In this document: piece by piece, positions 33,027-43,453 of the stretch | How positions within the stretch are numbered: the first letter of the stretch is position 1 | Layout of the letters: the number at the start of each line of letters is the position of its first letter | Assembly: GCA_036400975.1 (NCBI GenBank) | Contig: DASWWL010000110.1 | Location: forward strand, 8,550-72,549 | Length of the DNA: 64,000 bases | Source of the DNA: Novosphingobium sp. | Lineage (GTDB): Bacteria; Pseudomonadota; Alphaproteobacteria; Sphingomonadales; Sphingomonadaceae | Direction of reading: 5' to 3' | Program-made: the position numbers and the translations under genes | The notes under the pieces: model-generated | Told to the model about the DNA's origin: nothing | Seen by the model: only the letters and a program-made list of their open reading frames with translations | The model's database searches: none

Positions 33027-33658
33027 ATGGAGATGCCTGAAACAGAACTCACTGCCACCAAGCGCCCGGTTTGGAATGCCGGAAGGACCGTGGGTGCAAA
33101 GCGGGCTCTGAAACCGAAGCAGATTTGGGAAATCAGATTCTATCTCAATCAGCGCCGCCGCCTGCGAGATCGGGCGCTGTTCGATCTGGCGATCGACAGC
33201 AAGCTTCGGGGCTGCGACCTGGTTCAGATGAAGATCGGCGACCTTGTCAGCGGCGGGCAGATCCGAACGCGGGCAATCGTAATGCAGCAGAAGACAGGCC
33301 CCCCGTTCAGTTCGAGCTGCTGCCAGATGCTCGGGCGAGCTTGCTGGCATGGCTCGAACGCCGAGGCGGCACGGTGGACGATTATGTGTTCCCGAGCAGG
33401 GTTGATCACAATGGGCACCTGAGCACACGGCAGTATGCTCGGCTTGTCGACGAATGGGTGACAGGGGTCGGCCTTATGCGAAGCGAGTATGGCACCCATT
33501 CGCTTCGGCGAACGAAGGCATCGATCATCTACAGGGCGACCGGCAATCTGCGAGCTGTCCAAATCCTTCTTGGTCATAGCAAGATCGAGAATACGGTGCG
33601 GTATTTCGGGATCGACGTGGAAGACGCGCTCGCGCTTGCCGAAAACACCGAGATCTGA
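33027..33658 (+). pseudogene. Small catalytic-domain-only tyrosine recombinase, frameshifted by one missing base
   Basis: AGGAG RBS; DSKLRGCDL...QQKTG in one frame, PVQFE...GTHSLRRT...LLGH...TVRY in another; shift at the C6 run 33299-33304. Confidence 0.9.
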
Positions 33659-33689
33659 ATCCTTGGCGCCCGTTTCCGGTAGAAGCCGG

Positions 33690-33766
33690 ACACGGGCGCT
33701 TGGGGACAATTCCTGCCGATCACCGCCGCGACTGGGAACGCCCGGTTACGCCGACACCGGCCATTC
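33690..33766. repeat. Junction palindrome pair D (12-7-12 family)
   Basis: GAACGCCCGGTT-ACGCCGA-CACCGGCCATTC (33736-33766); a more degenerate copy ends 14 nt upstream (33690-33721). Confidence 0.5.
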
Positions 33767-33876
33767 CTGTACGGGCTTATGGGCATTCTCCCAGGTCCGG
33801 GCCGTTGGACTTTGCGGATCTTCTGGAATTGAGGGCTGGCGTGCGCCAAGCTGATGTGCAGCCGATAGGCGTTTCT

Positions 33877-35127
33877 TCAAGCCCCGCCGAACTTCGGCGC
33901 CTTCGCGAAGTCGGCCTTGCCGAAGGGGCGGTCGGTGAACAGGTAGCCGTAGTAGAATTCGCGAAGCCGGCGGTGGTAGTCGCGGATGCGATCCTGGTAG
34001 GCCAGTTGCGCCCGGAGGTCGGTTCCGGCTAGCCGCGTGAGCAGCGCCTGGAGCCCGACCGGCGGCAGAACCCACCCAAGGGTCCGCGCCGCGCCGTCGC
34101 GCTGCTCCAGCCCCGCGCGGTAGGCTTGCACCCGGTCGGCCACGCTCTCGTCGCCCACCTGGTGGAAGGCGAGATACCACTTGTAGTGGAAGTCCGGGCC
34201 GAGCGGGGACGAGTTCGCCCACTTCGGATGATTGGCGTAGAACTGCCGCATGGTATCCTCGCGCGGGATTTCCCAGGCGGCGTTCACTTTCTCGCGCTGG
34301 GCGAGCGCAATCTCGGCGCCCTGGTCGACGGGGACGGCGCTGTTGATCGTGACGTGCGCCAGCGTGGGCAGTACGAGCGTCAGGACCAGCCAGCAGGCGG
34401 CGAGCGTCGCGGCGTTGGCGACCGACGACCACGCAAGTCGGCCGACCAGGAGCGCCAGCGCGATCCAGAACAGGAGGTAGGCGGCCGAGGCGAGGACGAT
34501 CAGCACGATCGATCCAGCCGCCGCACCCGAAGCCATCGCGGCGGTCGCGAACGGCAGGACGACGACCGCGAACAGAATGCCGAAGCGCAATGCCACCCGC
34601 CGCAGCCACAGTCCCCTTGCCCCCGGCAGCGCCGACAACATTCGCTCGCGCCCCGCCTCGCGCTCGCCCGAAACCAGATCGTGGAACAGAGCGATGACGA
34701 ACAGCGGCGCGAGGAAGACGAGCAGGAACGAGAAGTCGAACCGTCCCGGTAGCGCTAGCTCGGGGTTGAACACGTCTCCGTCGTAGATCTGGGCCTCGAG
34801 CCCGAGCGCGCGCACGCGCAGGATGTAGGGCGAGACATCGCGCATGCCGATCGCCGCGAAGGCAAGCGGCGACGGCGCGTCCCAGGTTGGGTGGAAAGAG
34901 TAGTAGGCGGCGCTGCCGGCGTCCTTGCCCTTGTCGATCCAGGCGGCGATCGCGGCGATGTCTTCCTTCTGCGGCTCCGCGATGGCCGTGATCGCCGTAC
35001 GCTGGCGATCGACTTCTGCCGTTCCGGCAATGACCGCAGCAACGCTCAGCGCACCGAGCAGGACGATCGCGATCAGCGCCAGCCGGGCGCGGAACAACAG
35101 CTGCAGCTCGTGCATCCAGATGCGCAT
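33877..35127 (-). CDS. ABC transporter permease with DUF3526-like domain
   Basis: HDLVSGEREAG ABC-2 motif, multiple TMs, HYKWYLAFHQVGD; TGATG overlap. Confidence 0.8.
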   Translation of the reverse strand: MRIWMHELQLLFRARLALIAIVLLGALSVAAVIAGTAEVDRQRTAITAIAEPQKEDIAAIAAWIDKGKDAGSAAYYSFHPTWDAPSPLAFAAIGMRDVSPYILRVRALGLEAQIYDGDVFNPELALPGRFDFSFLLVFLAPLFVIALFHDLVSGEREAGRERMLSALPGARGLWLRRVALRFGILFAVVVLPFATAAMASGAAAGSIVLIVLASAAYLLFWIALALLVGRLAWSSVANAATLAACWLVLTLVLPTLAHVTINSAVPVDQGAEIALAQREKVNAAWEIPREDTMRQFYANHPKWANSSPLGPDFHYKWYLAFHQVGDESVADRVQAYRAGLEQRDGAARTLGWVLPPVGLQALLTRLAGTDLRAQLAYQDRIRDYHRRLREFYYGYLFTDRPFGKADFAKAPKFGGA

Positions 35128-36563
35128 CAGCGGGCTCCCAGGCGGTGAGTGGCGATGAACAGGGCGGCGACTGTCAGGGCGAGCCACAGCGCCAGCACGC
35201 TCAGCCCCGGCAGCGCCGCCGCGGCAAGCGCCGATCCCGCCGGCGCGCGATATGCGAAGTCGGGCATGGCCTGCCAGTTCTTGGCCGACACGCGCTTGCG
35301 CCGATCGGCATCCGCGTCCCTGGCCGTATCGTCGGCGAAGCTGACAGAGTCGGCCTGCAGCCTGTTCAGCCGCTGGACCAGATCGTAGCGGTAGGCTTCG
35401 GCCTGTTCGAGGAAGCGGCGGTGGCCGGCGAAATCGGTGCCCGCCGCGGCCATCGACATGGATCGCAGCGCGATCGCCGGACTGAGCACGCCGATCGACC
35501 GAACCATCTCGTTCTGCCGCGCCTGCGCGTCGTAGCTTTGCGCGGCATGACGATCGAACAGCTCAGAGGTCAGCCGCTCACCCTCGACACCGAGAACGCC
35601 CTTGTAGTTCACCGGCAGATCCTCGACCCGCTTGACGCCATACTGATCGAGCACCGATTGCTTGAACTTGGCAAAGTGCGGATCGTCGGGATTGTGGCTG
35701 TCGCCCATTGTGCGCAGGTCGCGCGCGACGGCGATGTCGGTTTGCAGGCGATTGCTCAGCGGCACGGAGGCGCCGGCGACGTCGGGCGCGATGCGCGGGA
35801 GCAGGACGACCAGCACAGCCCAGAGCGCCAGCAGCGCGAGCAGCGCGTCGCGGCTGCGCCTCACCAGCACCGAGACCAGCAGGATCAGCACGGCCCATAG
35901 CGCGAGATAGACGCCGTAGCCGAGCGCGATCACCGCCATGGGCGCGGCTTGGGCACCGGGCTGGCCCGCGATCAGTGCGAAACCGAGCATGGCCGGCAGC
36001 CCAGCCAGCAGGGCCACCAGCCCCAGCGCGCCGAGCTTGCCGGTGACGATCTGGCCACGCGACGCCCCCTGCAGCATCAGCGGCCGCAAGGTGCCGCGTT
36101 CGCGTTCGCGCGCGATGGCGCCATAGCCGAGGAAGATCAGCAGCAGCGGCGCGACCGCCTGCAGCACGAAGGCCGGCGTGAGCTGGCCGAAGCGGATCAG
36201 CAGCGAGCTCTGCCGCACGTCGCCGAAATTTGCGGTGTTCTGCCGGTGGCCTTCGAGGAACATCGAGTTGCCGGTGAAGGCGTCAACGCCGGGATCGAAA
36301 GCCGCAAGCGGGCCGAGCGGCCGGAAGATGAACGTGCCGTAGTGGACCACGCGGTGCGGGTGGCGGTTGGGCTGCGCATCGAAGGCGTGGTCCGCCGCGG
36401 CCTGGTGGCGCTCGCGCAGCGCGTCGATGCCTTGCCGATGGCTCCAGGCGGTGATCACCGCGGTCAGCGTCAGCAGGACTAGCAGCACGAAGGCGACGAC
36501 GGCGACCCGGTTGCGGCGCATCAGCCGAAGCTCGTCGCGGGCGATCAGCAGAGCGGGCCTCAT
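35127..36563 (-). CDS. ABC transporter permease with DUF3526-like domain
   Basis: HPHRVVHYG, LEGHRQN, AIARERERGTL, GDSHNPDDPHF. Confidence 0.82.
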   Translation of the reverse strand: MRPALLIARDELRLMRRNRVAVVAFVLLVLLTLTAVITAWSHRQGIDALRERHQAAADHAFDAQPNRHPHRVVHYGTFIFRPLGPLAAFDPGVDAFTGNSMFLEGHRQNTANFGDVRQSSLLIRFGQLTPAFVLQAVAPLLLIFLGYGAIARERERGTLRPLMLQGASRGQIVTGKLGALGLVALLAGLPAMLGFALIAGQPGAQAAPMAVIALGYGVYLALWAVLILLVSVLVRRSRDALLALLALWAVLVVLLPRIAPDVAGASVPLSNRLQTDIAVARDLRTMGDSHNPDDPHFAKFKQSVLDQYGVKRVEDLPVNYKGVLGVEGERLTSELFDRHAAQSYDAQARQNEMVRSIGVLSPAIALRSMSMAAAGTDFAGHRRFLEQAEAYRYDLVQRLNRLQADSVSFADDTARDADADRRKRVSAKNWQAMPDFAYRAPAGSALAAAALPGLSVLALWLALTVAALFIATHRLGAR

Positions 36564-37294
36564 ATCGCCGTAACGTCCCCGGCGAAGCGTGCGTGGAGGG
36601 CGCGCAGGTCGAAGCGCTCGCTGCCTGCCGCTTCGACCTCGTCAACGATCCGGCCTGCGTCGATGAAGCCGATGCGATCGGCAACGTCGACCGCGCTTAT
36701 CAGGTCATGGGTCACCATCAGCACCGCGGTCCCGCGCTCGCGCACCGAGGCGACGAGCGCATTGAAATCGCCCGTGGCGCGCGGATCGAGACCCGAGGTC
36801 GGCTCGTCCAGCAGCAACACCGGCACTTCGCGCAGCAAGGCCACCGCGATCGCCACCTTCTGTCGCATGCCCTTGGAGAAGCCGCCGAGCCGCTGGTCCC
36901 AGGCGCGCCCCTGAAGGCCCGCAGCGGCGAAGGCGCCGGTGATGGCATGGCGCGGCTTGGGCTCGCCCGACAGCGCCAGCAGGTAGTCGGCGTTCTCGAT
37001 CGCGGTCAGATGCTCGTAGAGCGCGACGTTCTCGGGCAGATAGGCGATCCGCTGGCGGGCGGCATCCGCCTGCGCGACGGGATCGAGACCGGCCACCCGC
37101 ACAGCGCCCGCGTCGGGTCTGGCGAAGCCGAGCAGAACCGAAAGCGTTGTCGATTTGCCCGCGCCGTTGCCGCCGAGCAAGGCATAGATCGTGCCGCGAT
37201 CGACCTGCAGAGTCAGACCGTCGAGCACACGGTGGGTCCCATAGGACAGGCTGACGCCGGACAGTTCGATGGGAGCAGGGGCGGGCTCTGACAT
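36560..37294 (-). CDS. ABC transporter ATP-binding protein
   Basis: GGNGAGKS Walker A, FSKGMRQK, LLLDEPTSGLDP; GGAGG RBS before MSEP. Confidence 0.93.
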   Translation of the reverse strand: MSEPAPAPIELSGVSLSYGTHRVLDGLTLQVDRGTIYALLGGNGAGKSTTLSVLLGFARPDAGAVRVAGLDPVAQADAARQRIAYLPENVALYEHLTAIENADYLLALSGEPKPRHAITGAFAAAGLQGRAWDQRLGGFSKGMRQKVAIAVALLREVPVLLLDEPTSGLDPRATGDFNALVASVRERGTAVLMVTHDLISAVDVADRIGFIDAGRIVDEVEAAGSERFDLRALHARFAGDVTAI

Positions 37295-37348
37295 GGGTCC
37301 TCCTTCGTGGTGACGCCTTGTTGCGTTCGGGATCGTGACGGTCAAGAG

Positions 37349-37366
37349 GATATGTTAGAACATATC
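37349..37366. promoter_or_regulatory. Zur box
   Basis: GATATGTT-AG-AACATATC palindrome; 17/18 to the recalled alphaproteobacterial consensus GATATGTTATAACATATC; between divergent ABC and TBDR genes. Confidence 0.75.
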
Positions 37367-37431
37367 ATTTGACGGCGTCGCGCCGCCTTACTAGGCGCGT
37401 GATACATCATATCATGACTGCGGGGGTAACA

Positions 37432-39519
37432 ATGACTGCGTGGACGCGCTGGCTGATTTCGAGTGCGCTGCTGGTTCCGGTGCCGGTTCTGGCGGAGGAG
37501 AGCGAAGGCGCGGAGCACGAGGGCGACCAGATCGTCGTTACCGGCTCGCGCGAGGCGAACGCCAGCATCAACGGGCTCTCGATCGCGCCGATCCTGCTGC
37601 CGCAGAACGTGCGCGTGCTCGACAGGACGATCGTCGAGCAGGCCGGCTTCACCGACCTGTCGCAGCTCTTCGATCTCGCCGGCGGCATGGCGCGGCAGAA
37701 CAGTTTCGGCGGCGCCTGGGATGCCTATGCGATCCGCGGCTTTTCGGGCGACATCAACCAGGGCCCGGACCTGCTGATCAACCGATTCACTGCAAATCGC
37801 GGCTTTAACGCTCGGCGCGACGTCGCCACGGTCGAAAGCTTCCAGGTGCTCAAGGGCCCGGCTTCGGCACTCTCGGGCAAAGGCGAGCCGGGCGGCTCGA
37901 TCAACGTCGTGACCAAGGCGCCTCAGGAAACCTTCCACGCCTCGAGCGAGCTGTCCTACGGCAGTTTCGATACCTACCGCGGCGTCTTCGACATCGGCGG
38001 CCCGGCCGGTGACGGCCTGTCGGCGCGCGCCATCGGCGTCTATCAGGATGGCGACAGCTTCCGCGACTTCAACAAGACCGACCGGCTGCTCTTCGCGCCT
38101 TCGATCGCCTGGAAGCTCGGTGACAGCGTCCGCTTCCTCTACCAGCTCGAATACAACCTGGTGCACTTCACACACGACCGCGGCATCGTCGCGGTGGCGG
38201 GCAATGCCAAGGCGTTGCCGCGCAGCCGTTTCCTCGGCGAGCCCAACGACGGGCAGATCACCCAGCGCACCGCCCAGCATCAGGGCACGGTCTACGTCGA
38301 TCTTGCCGAAGGCGTCGCTCTCGAAGCCGGCGTGCAATATCGCGATGGCCGGATGTCGGGACAGTCGACGCACAACGCGACGCTGGTCGGCACCACCCTG
38401 CGCCGCCAGCTGCGCATTCACGACTACGACTGGCGGGACCTGTCGGGCCGCGTCGAGCTGAGCGCCAACGGCAATTTCCTCGGGCTCGAACACCAGTTCC
38501 GCATGGGCGGCGACGCTTTCAAATATGACCAGCGGCGCGTGTTCTACCGGTTCAGCCCGACGGCTGCGAACCCCTACGGCATCGACATCTTCAATCCGGT
38601 CTATGGGCAGCCCAAGCCGGTCGCGACGCTCAACCAGGACCTGCTCGAACAGCTCCGCGGCGAAAGCATCTATGCGCAGGATCTGATGACGCTGGGCGAT
38701 CGCTTCTCGCTGCTGCTCGGCGTTCGGCACGACTGGATCCGTCAGGCCAACGTCAACTATCGGACCAATCGCACCGACCGCCAGTCGCCCTCGGTCACCT
38801 CGCCCCGCGCGGCCTTCACTTTCGCGCCGAGCGAGAACTTTTCGGCCTATGTCAGCTGGGGCAAGTCGTTCCGCTTCAACCAGGGCGTGGACTTCTTCTC
38901 TAACACCTTCGCCCCCGAACGCGGCGAAGCGCTCGAAGGCGGCGTGAAATTTGCGCTCGCCGACAATCGGCTGGCCGGCACGGTCTCGCTGTTCCGGATC
39001 ACCAAGGACAATGTGCTGGTCACCGATCCCGATCCCACGCACAGCGGCTTCTCGATCGCCGCCGGCCGGGCGCGGAGCAAGGGCATCGAGGCCGATCTCA
39101 ACTACCGCTTCGGCGACCGGCTCACTCTGACCGCAGTCTATGCCTACACCGATGCCAAGGTAATCGAGGACACGCGCCCGGCGCTCCTCGGCAGCGGCCT
39201 GTCGAATGTGCCGAAGCACAGCGGCGCGATCTACGGCTTCTGGCAGTCGAACGGCAAGGAACCCGGCTCGATCGGCCTCGGCGCCGGGCTGACCTATGTC
39301 GGCGAGCGGCCGGGCGACGACGTGGCCACCGGCTTTCGCCTGCCCGACTACGTCACCGCCAGGCTCAACCTCTCCTACCAGCTTACACGTGGTCTGAAGG
39401 CGCATCTCGATTTCGAGAACCTCTTCGACAAGTATTACATCGAGAGCTCTTACAGCGACGTCTGGATCACCCCGGGCGCGCCGAGGACGGTTCGTGCAAG
39501 GATCGTGCTGGCGCTGTGA
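37432..39519 (+). CDS. TonB-dependent receptor
   Basis: Signal peptide, IVVTG, LPQNVRV plug, IRGF, VLKGPASALSG, NLFDKYY, terminal aromatic-like strand. Start 37414 is also possible. Confidence 0.92.
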   Translation: MTAWTRWLISSALLVPVPVLAEESEGAEHEGDQIVVTGSREANASINGLSIAPILLPQNVRVLDRTIVEQAGFTDLSQLFDLAGGMARQNSFGGAWDAYAIRGFSGDINQGPDLLINRFTANRGFNARRDVATVESFQVLKGPASALSGKGEPGGSINVVTKAPQETFHASSELSYGSFDTYRGVFDIGGPAGDGLSARAIGVYQDGDSFRDFNKTDRLLFAPSIAWKLGDSVRFLYQLEYNLVHFTHDRGIVAVAGNAKALPRSRFLGEPNDGQITQRTAQHQGTVYVDLAEGVALEAGVQYRDGRMSGQSTHNATLVGTTLRRQLRIHDYDWRDLSGRVELSANGNFLGLEHQFRMGGDAFKYDQRRVFYRFSPTAANPYGIDIFNPVYGQPKPVATLNQDLLEQLRGESIYAQDLMTLGDRFSLLLGVRHDWIRQANVNYRTNRTDRQSPSVTSPRAAFTFAPSENFSAYVSWGKSFRFNQGVDFFSNTFAPERGEALEGGVKFALADNRLAGTVSLFRITKDNVLVTDPDPTHSGFSIAAGRARSKGIEADLNYRFGDRLTLTAVYAYTDAKVIEDTRPALLGSGLSNVPKHSGAIYGFWQSNGKEPGSIGLGAGLTYVGERPGDDVATGFRLPDYVTARLNLSYQLTRGLKAHLDFENLFDKYYIESSYSDVWITPGAPRTVRARIVLAL

Positions 39520-41429
39520 AGAAGCTTGTTTCCGCAGTACTGCTCGCCTGGGGAGGCGGCGAAACACCCGCTTTCGCCCAGCGGACCGAAGACAACGCCG
39601 CCCGCGCGGCCGAGGACGGCTTCGGTTCTAGTGTCGGCAACGAATCGATCGGCATCTATGCGAGCGGACAGGTGCGTGGCTTCAGCGCGTCGGACGCCGG
39701 CAACAATCGGATCGAAGGGCTCTATTTCGACGAACAGGGCGGCGTCACCGACGTGATCGTCCGCGGCTCGAACGTGCGCCTCGGCCTCACGGCCTTCGGC
39801 TATCCGTTGCCCGCGCCGACCGGCATCGTCGACATGGAACTGCGCCGCACGGGCAGCGAAACGATCGCCAGCGTGCAGGTCGCCAGCGGCGAATATCTCG
39901 GAACCGACCTGACCGCGGATCTCGCGCTGCCGGTCAGCGACCGCTTCCGCATAAATCTCGATCTCGGACTGTTCGACGACCAGTATGTCAACGGCGCCAG
40001 CGCCTGGTTCGTCAGTTATGGCGGCGTCGCGCGGTGGAAGCCGGTCGACCGCGTCGAACTGACCGGCTTCTTCGGCCGCTATGATTACGGCGACGAGGAA
40101 CAGGGGCCAACGATCTACACCGCCGGCGCCTACCTGCCGCCGCGCATAGAGCGCCGCCGCTTCTTCGGCCAACAGTGGGCGCAGTGGAAGGGGCATGCCC
40201 AGAACTACGGCGCCATGCTCAAGGCCGATCTCGGTGCGTGGGAGATCGCGGCGGGGGCGTTCAACAGCCGATTCACCCGCGACGACTACGCCTCGCCCTA
40301 TTTCGACGGTGTCGGAAAGGAGGGCATCGGCCGCTCCTTCGTTGTCAGCGGCCGCGACCAGCGTGCCGCCTCGACCTCGGGCGAGATTCGCGTGAGCCGG
40401 ACCTTCGCCGAAGGACCGCGGCGGCACCGCGTGCTGGTCTCGGCACGCGGGCGCAGTGTGGAAACCGACTATGGGGGCTACGACGTCGCCGATCTCGGCC
40501 TCGGCACGATTGGCGTACCTTCGCCGGTGTTGGAGCCCGACTTCGCCTATGGCTCGCTGACGCACGACCGCGTGCGGCAATTGAGCTATGCCATAGGCTA
40601 TGAGATGCGCTGGCCGCGCGTCGCCGAGCTCAACCTTGGCCTTACCCGCACCGACTATCGCAAGCGGATCGACCAGCCGGGCCTGCCCCGTGCCAGCCAG
40701 CGCGACCGGCCGTGGCTATGGAACGCCGCGCTGGCATTGACGCCGACCAGCCGTCTGACCCTCTATGCCGCGACCACGCGCGGGCTTGAGGAAAGCGGAG
40801 TCGCGCCGAGCAACGCGGTCAACCGCGGCGAGGCCTTGCCGGCGCTGCGCACGCGGCAATACGAATTCGGCGCGCGCTACACTGTCGGCGATTGGCGCTT
40901 CGTCGCCGCAGCCTTCGACATCGTCAAGCCCTATTTCGAGATCGACAGCAACGACGGGGCTTACAAACAGCTTGGATCGGTCACGCACCGCGGCGTCGAG
41001 GGATCGCTCTCGGCAAAGCCATTGCCCGGCCTCAATGTCGTCGTCGGCGCGGTCGTGCTCCGCCCGCGGGTGAGCGGGCAGGCGGTCGCGGACGGCCGGC
41101 TCGGTCGCAGGCCGATCGGACGCACCGGGCTGCTCGTCGATGCGGCGATCGACTATCAACTCGCCGCCTTGCCGGGTTTCTCGCTCGACGCCCGCATCAT
41201 CCACGAAGGTCGCCGGATCGCCAACGCCGCCGACACCCTGTCGATCCCGGCGCGAACGGTGGTCGATCTGGGCGCACGCTATCGCACGAAGATCGGCGGC
41301 GTCCCGACCATGTTCAGAGCGCAGGTCCGCAACATCGGCGACGTCTTCGGCTGGAAAGTGTCTAGCGGCGGCGGCTTCTCGCTACAGACGGGGCGACGGG
41401 CTGTCGTGTCGGCTACCGCTGATTTCTAG
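39516..41429 (+). CDS. Second TonB-dependent receptor-like outer membrane protein
   Basis: GTGA overlap; VRGFS...NRIEGLYFD short plug; beta-barrel pattern ending SATADF. Confidence 0.8.
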   Translation: MKKLVSAVLLAWGGGETPAFAQRTEDNAARAAEDGFGSSVGNESIGIYASGQVRGFSASDAGNNRIEGLYFDEQGGVTDVIVRGSNVRLGLTAFGYPLPAPTGIVDMELRRTGSETIASVQVASGEYLGTDLTADLALPVSDRFRINLDLGLFDDQYVNGASAWFVSYGGVARWKPVDRVELTGFFGRYDYGDEEQGPTIYTAGAYLPPRIERRRFFGQQWAQWKGHAQNYGAMLKADLGAWEIAAGAFNSRFTRDDYASPYFDGVGKEGIGRSFVVSGRDQRAASTSGEIRVSRTFAEGPRRHRVLVSARGRSVETDYGGYDVADLGLGTIGVPSPVLEPDFAYGSLTHDRVRQLSYAIGYEMRWPRVAELNLGLTRTDYRKRIDQPGLPRASQRDRPWLWNAALALTPTSRLTLYAATTRGLEESGVAPSNAVNRGEALPALRTRQYEFGARYTVGDWRFVAAAFDIVKPYFEIDSNDGAYKQLGSVTHRGVEGSLSAKPLPGLNVVVGAVVLRPRVSGQAVADGRLGRRPIGRTGLLVDAAIDYQLAALPGFSLDARIIHEGRRIANAADTLSIPARTVVDLGARYRTKIGGVPTMFRAQVRNIGDVFGWKVSSGGGFSLQTGRRAVVSATADF

Positions 41430-41597
41430 CACAACGAGATTTGCGCGATGGGGAGATTTAGAAATCTTTGGTGACCCAGCGATCGAACCTACGGGCTGCG
41501 GTTTGCAGCACCTGCACGAAGGGCAGATTGTGAAGTTCGTCAAGAGCCCGCTACGACGCTTTGTTGGCGGATATCGCCGGATGGCCCGGCGTAACCC

Positions 41598-41654
41598 GAA
41601 TGACTGCTCTTGTCAGATTGCGATGTTCGCGCCGCCAGAAACGAACGTCGCAAT
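41598..41654. repeat. Junction palindrome pair C (12-7-12 family)
   Basis: GAATGACTGCTC-TTGTCAG-ATTGCGATGTTC (41598-41628), then after 14 nt GAACGTCGCAAT (41643-41654). Confidence 0.5.
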
Positions 41655-41688
41655 TTGGTCGATAGTCGCCAGACCCATGAGTCCGGCA

Positions 41689-42609
41689 TTACCTACCGAT
41701 TGCAGCATTCAACCTGCCCCTCAGATCAGCATGCTTCCCAGGGTTTGCCTTCATCAGCTTCCTGAGATTGATCAGTTTCCACCGAACCGCCGGGAGATCG
41801 GCCGCTTCAGGTAAACCGATCAGGCTGAAGTCAGGCTGCGCTTCGTGGAGGGACAGGAGAAATTCGGCGGCGGGGCCATCGATCCGAGCCCGGATACCCT
41901 CGATCAGACGCTCGCGGGCGGAGAGAAGCGTTTCGAGCGGCACATGCTCGATCGTCATGCCGTCGAATTCCTGCGCGAAGGCGCGGTCAATATCGATGCG
42001 GTTGGGATCGATCAGTTCGTGGGCCGGGCGGCCCGAGCATGCGGAATAGACCAGGAAAGTGCGGAACAGGTCGTCGTCGATGCCTTCGTGCTGATAGAGC
42101 AGATGGATGTCATACAAGTCCCGTGGATGCTGGCGATCGAGTGCCGCGCAGATCTTGCCGGCATAGATGTCCTCGAAGGAAAGTACGGACATTTCAGCAA
42201 AGCCGAATGCTTCCTCCACCGCATCCGTAACCCGCATGGTGTGCGGCGCCTTCACGGTGCCTCGAAGGACAGGCGACACCTCTATCTTCACTTCGGCATC
42301 GGCGGAACGGAGGAGCACCCGGGTATCGCCATCGCCCCCGCCGCTGATCCTTTGCGCATTGACGCCAGGAAGGCTCTTCCGTGCCCGTTCGACGATGCGG
42401 TCGAAGGCGGCATCGATGTTGGCGAGGGCAGTTTCGCGGTCGTGGAGCGGCACGTAGGTCAGGTCGATGTCGACTGAGAGCCGCGGCATGTCCCGGTAAA
42501 AGAGATTGATCGCCGTGCCGCCCTTCAGTGCGAAATCCGGCTCGTCGGCCACGATGGGGATTGCGCTCACCAGGAGGCTGACTTGGGCTGCATAGCGTTC
42601 ACGCGCCAT
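41689..42609 (-). CDS. abiEii: AbiEii-type nucleotidyltransferase toxin (type IV TA)
   Basis: FALKGGTAINLF...RLSVDIDL, GKICAALDRQHPRDLYD. Confidence 0.92.
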   Translation of the reverse strand: MARERYAAQVSLLVSAIPIVADEPDFALKGGTAINLFYRDMPRLSVDIDLTYVPLHDRETALANIDAAFDRIVERARKSLPGVNAQRISGGGDGDTRVLLRSADAEVKIEVSPVLRGTVKAPHTMRVTDAVEEAFGFAEMSVLSFEDIYAGKICAALDRQHPRDLYDIHLLYQHEGIDDDLFRTFLVYSACSGRPAHELIDPNRIDIDRAFAQEFDGMTIEHVPLETLLSARERLIEGIRARIDGPAAEFLLSLHEAQPDFSLIGLPEAADLPAVRWKLINLRKLMKANPGKHADLRGRLNAAIGR

Positions 42610-43438
42610 CGCCAACCTCATTGGCTGGCTCGGGCGCCGCAAACTCCTCTGGCACGACGAGTTGATAGGCTGCCGCATAGCGACCGCCTTCGACCAGCAT
42701 GCGCGGACCCTTGCCCATATCGACCCCAGAGCGATCGATATGCGGCAGCCACCGGTGCCGATGGCGATCGGCAAACAGGAAGAACAGCCGCCTCACCTTT
42801 ATGCTCTTGCAGGCGCCCAGCAAGGCACTCAGCCGACCGGGGCGCAGCGTCGCCAGTCCCTGGAAAAGCATGTCGACCTTGTGGAAGCTCTCCTGGTCGG
42901 GAAGTTCGTTCAAGGCTTCGAGCACCGCGCGCTCTGGGGTTGAGCGCCGCAACGGCCAGTCCCAGGGGTTGGGTCCAGTACCTGCCGCGGGGTCGAAATC
43001 ATTGTTCTCGATTCCAAGAGAGTCCGAACCGAACAACTGCCGTCGCCGCATCAAGATGTGCGCATCGAGAGTTAGCCGGGACAGCCAGGACGGTGCGTCG
43101 CCGTAGAGATAGACGTCCGCGCTGCGGCCAAGGCCGAGATAGTGGTTGTACCCTTCAAGGCTCAGCGCGCTCATGCCGCCGACGTGGAAATCATAACCCA
43201 TGATCCACTGGGCGGAGAGCACCGCCATCTTCCATTCGACAACGTTTCCCGGTGGCTTGCCCGGGTAGGGCCGGCGATAGACGCCGCGTGCGACACGCTC
43301 GAGCCAGCCTTCTCGATCGTAGCTCGCTGCGGAACTCTTGGCGACGTCATGGGCACTCAACCATTGCGAGTCGACCAGGAAGCCAGCCGGAACCCGATCA
43401 AGGACATATTTTAGTCGATTGCGATTTGGTTCAGCCAT
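42599..43438 (-). CDS. abiEi: AbiEi-type antitoxin / transcriptional regulator
   Basis: WLERVARGVYRRP, STPERAVLE, CKSIKVRRLF; overlaps the toxin start. Confidence 0.88.
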   Translation of the reverse strand: MAEPNRNRLKYVLDRVPAGFLVDSQWLSAHDVAKSSAASYDREGWLERVARGVYRRPYPGKPPGNVVEWKMAVLSAQWIMGYDFHVGGMSALSLEGYNHYLGLGRSADVYLYGDAPSWLSRLTLDAHILMRRRQLFGSDSLGIENNDFDPAAGTGPNPWDWPLRRSTPERAVLEALNELPDQESFHKVDMLFQGLATLRPGRLSALLGACKSIKVRRLFFLFADRHRHRWLPHIDRSGVDMGKGPRMLVEGGRYAAAYQLVVPEEFAAPEPANEVGDGA

Positions 43439-43453
43439 AATGGCCTAAATAGC

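Noticed and set aside
32033-33061. Minus-strand ORFs 32033-32734 and 32768-33061
   Set aside because: Overlap better-supported plus-strand genes and repeat-rich spacer DNA; no RBS or motifs.
37342-39567. 741-aa minus-strand ORF
   Set aside because: Antisense to the TonB receptor, which carries all the family motifs.
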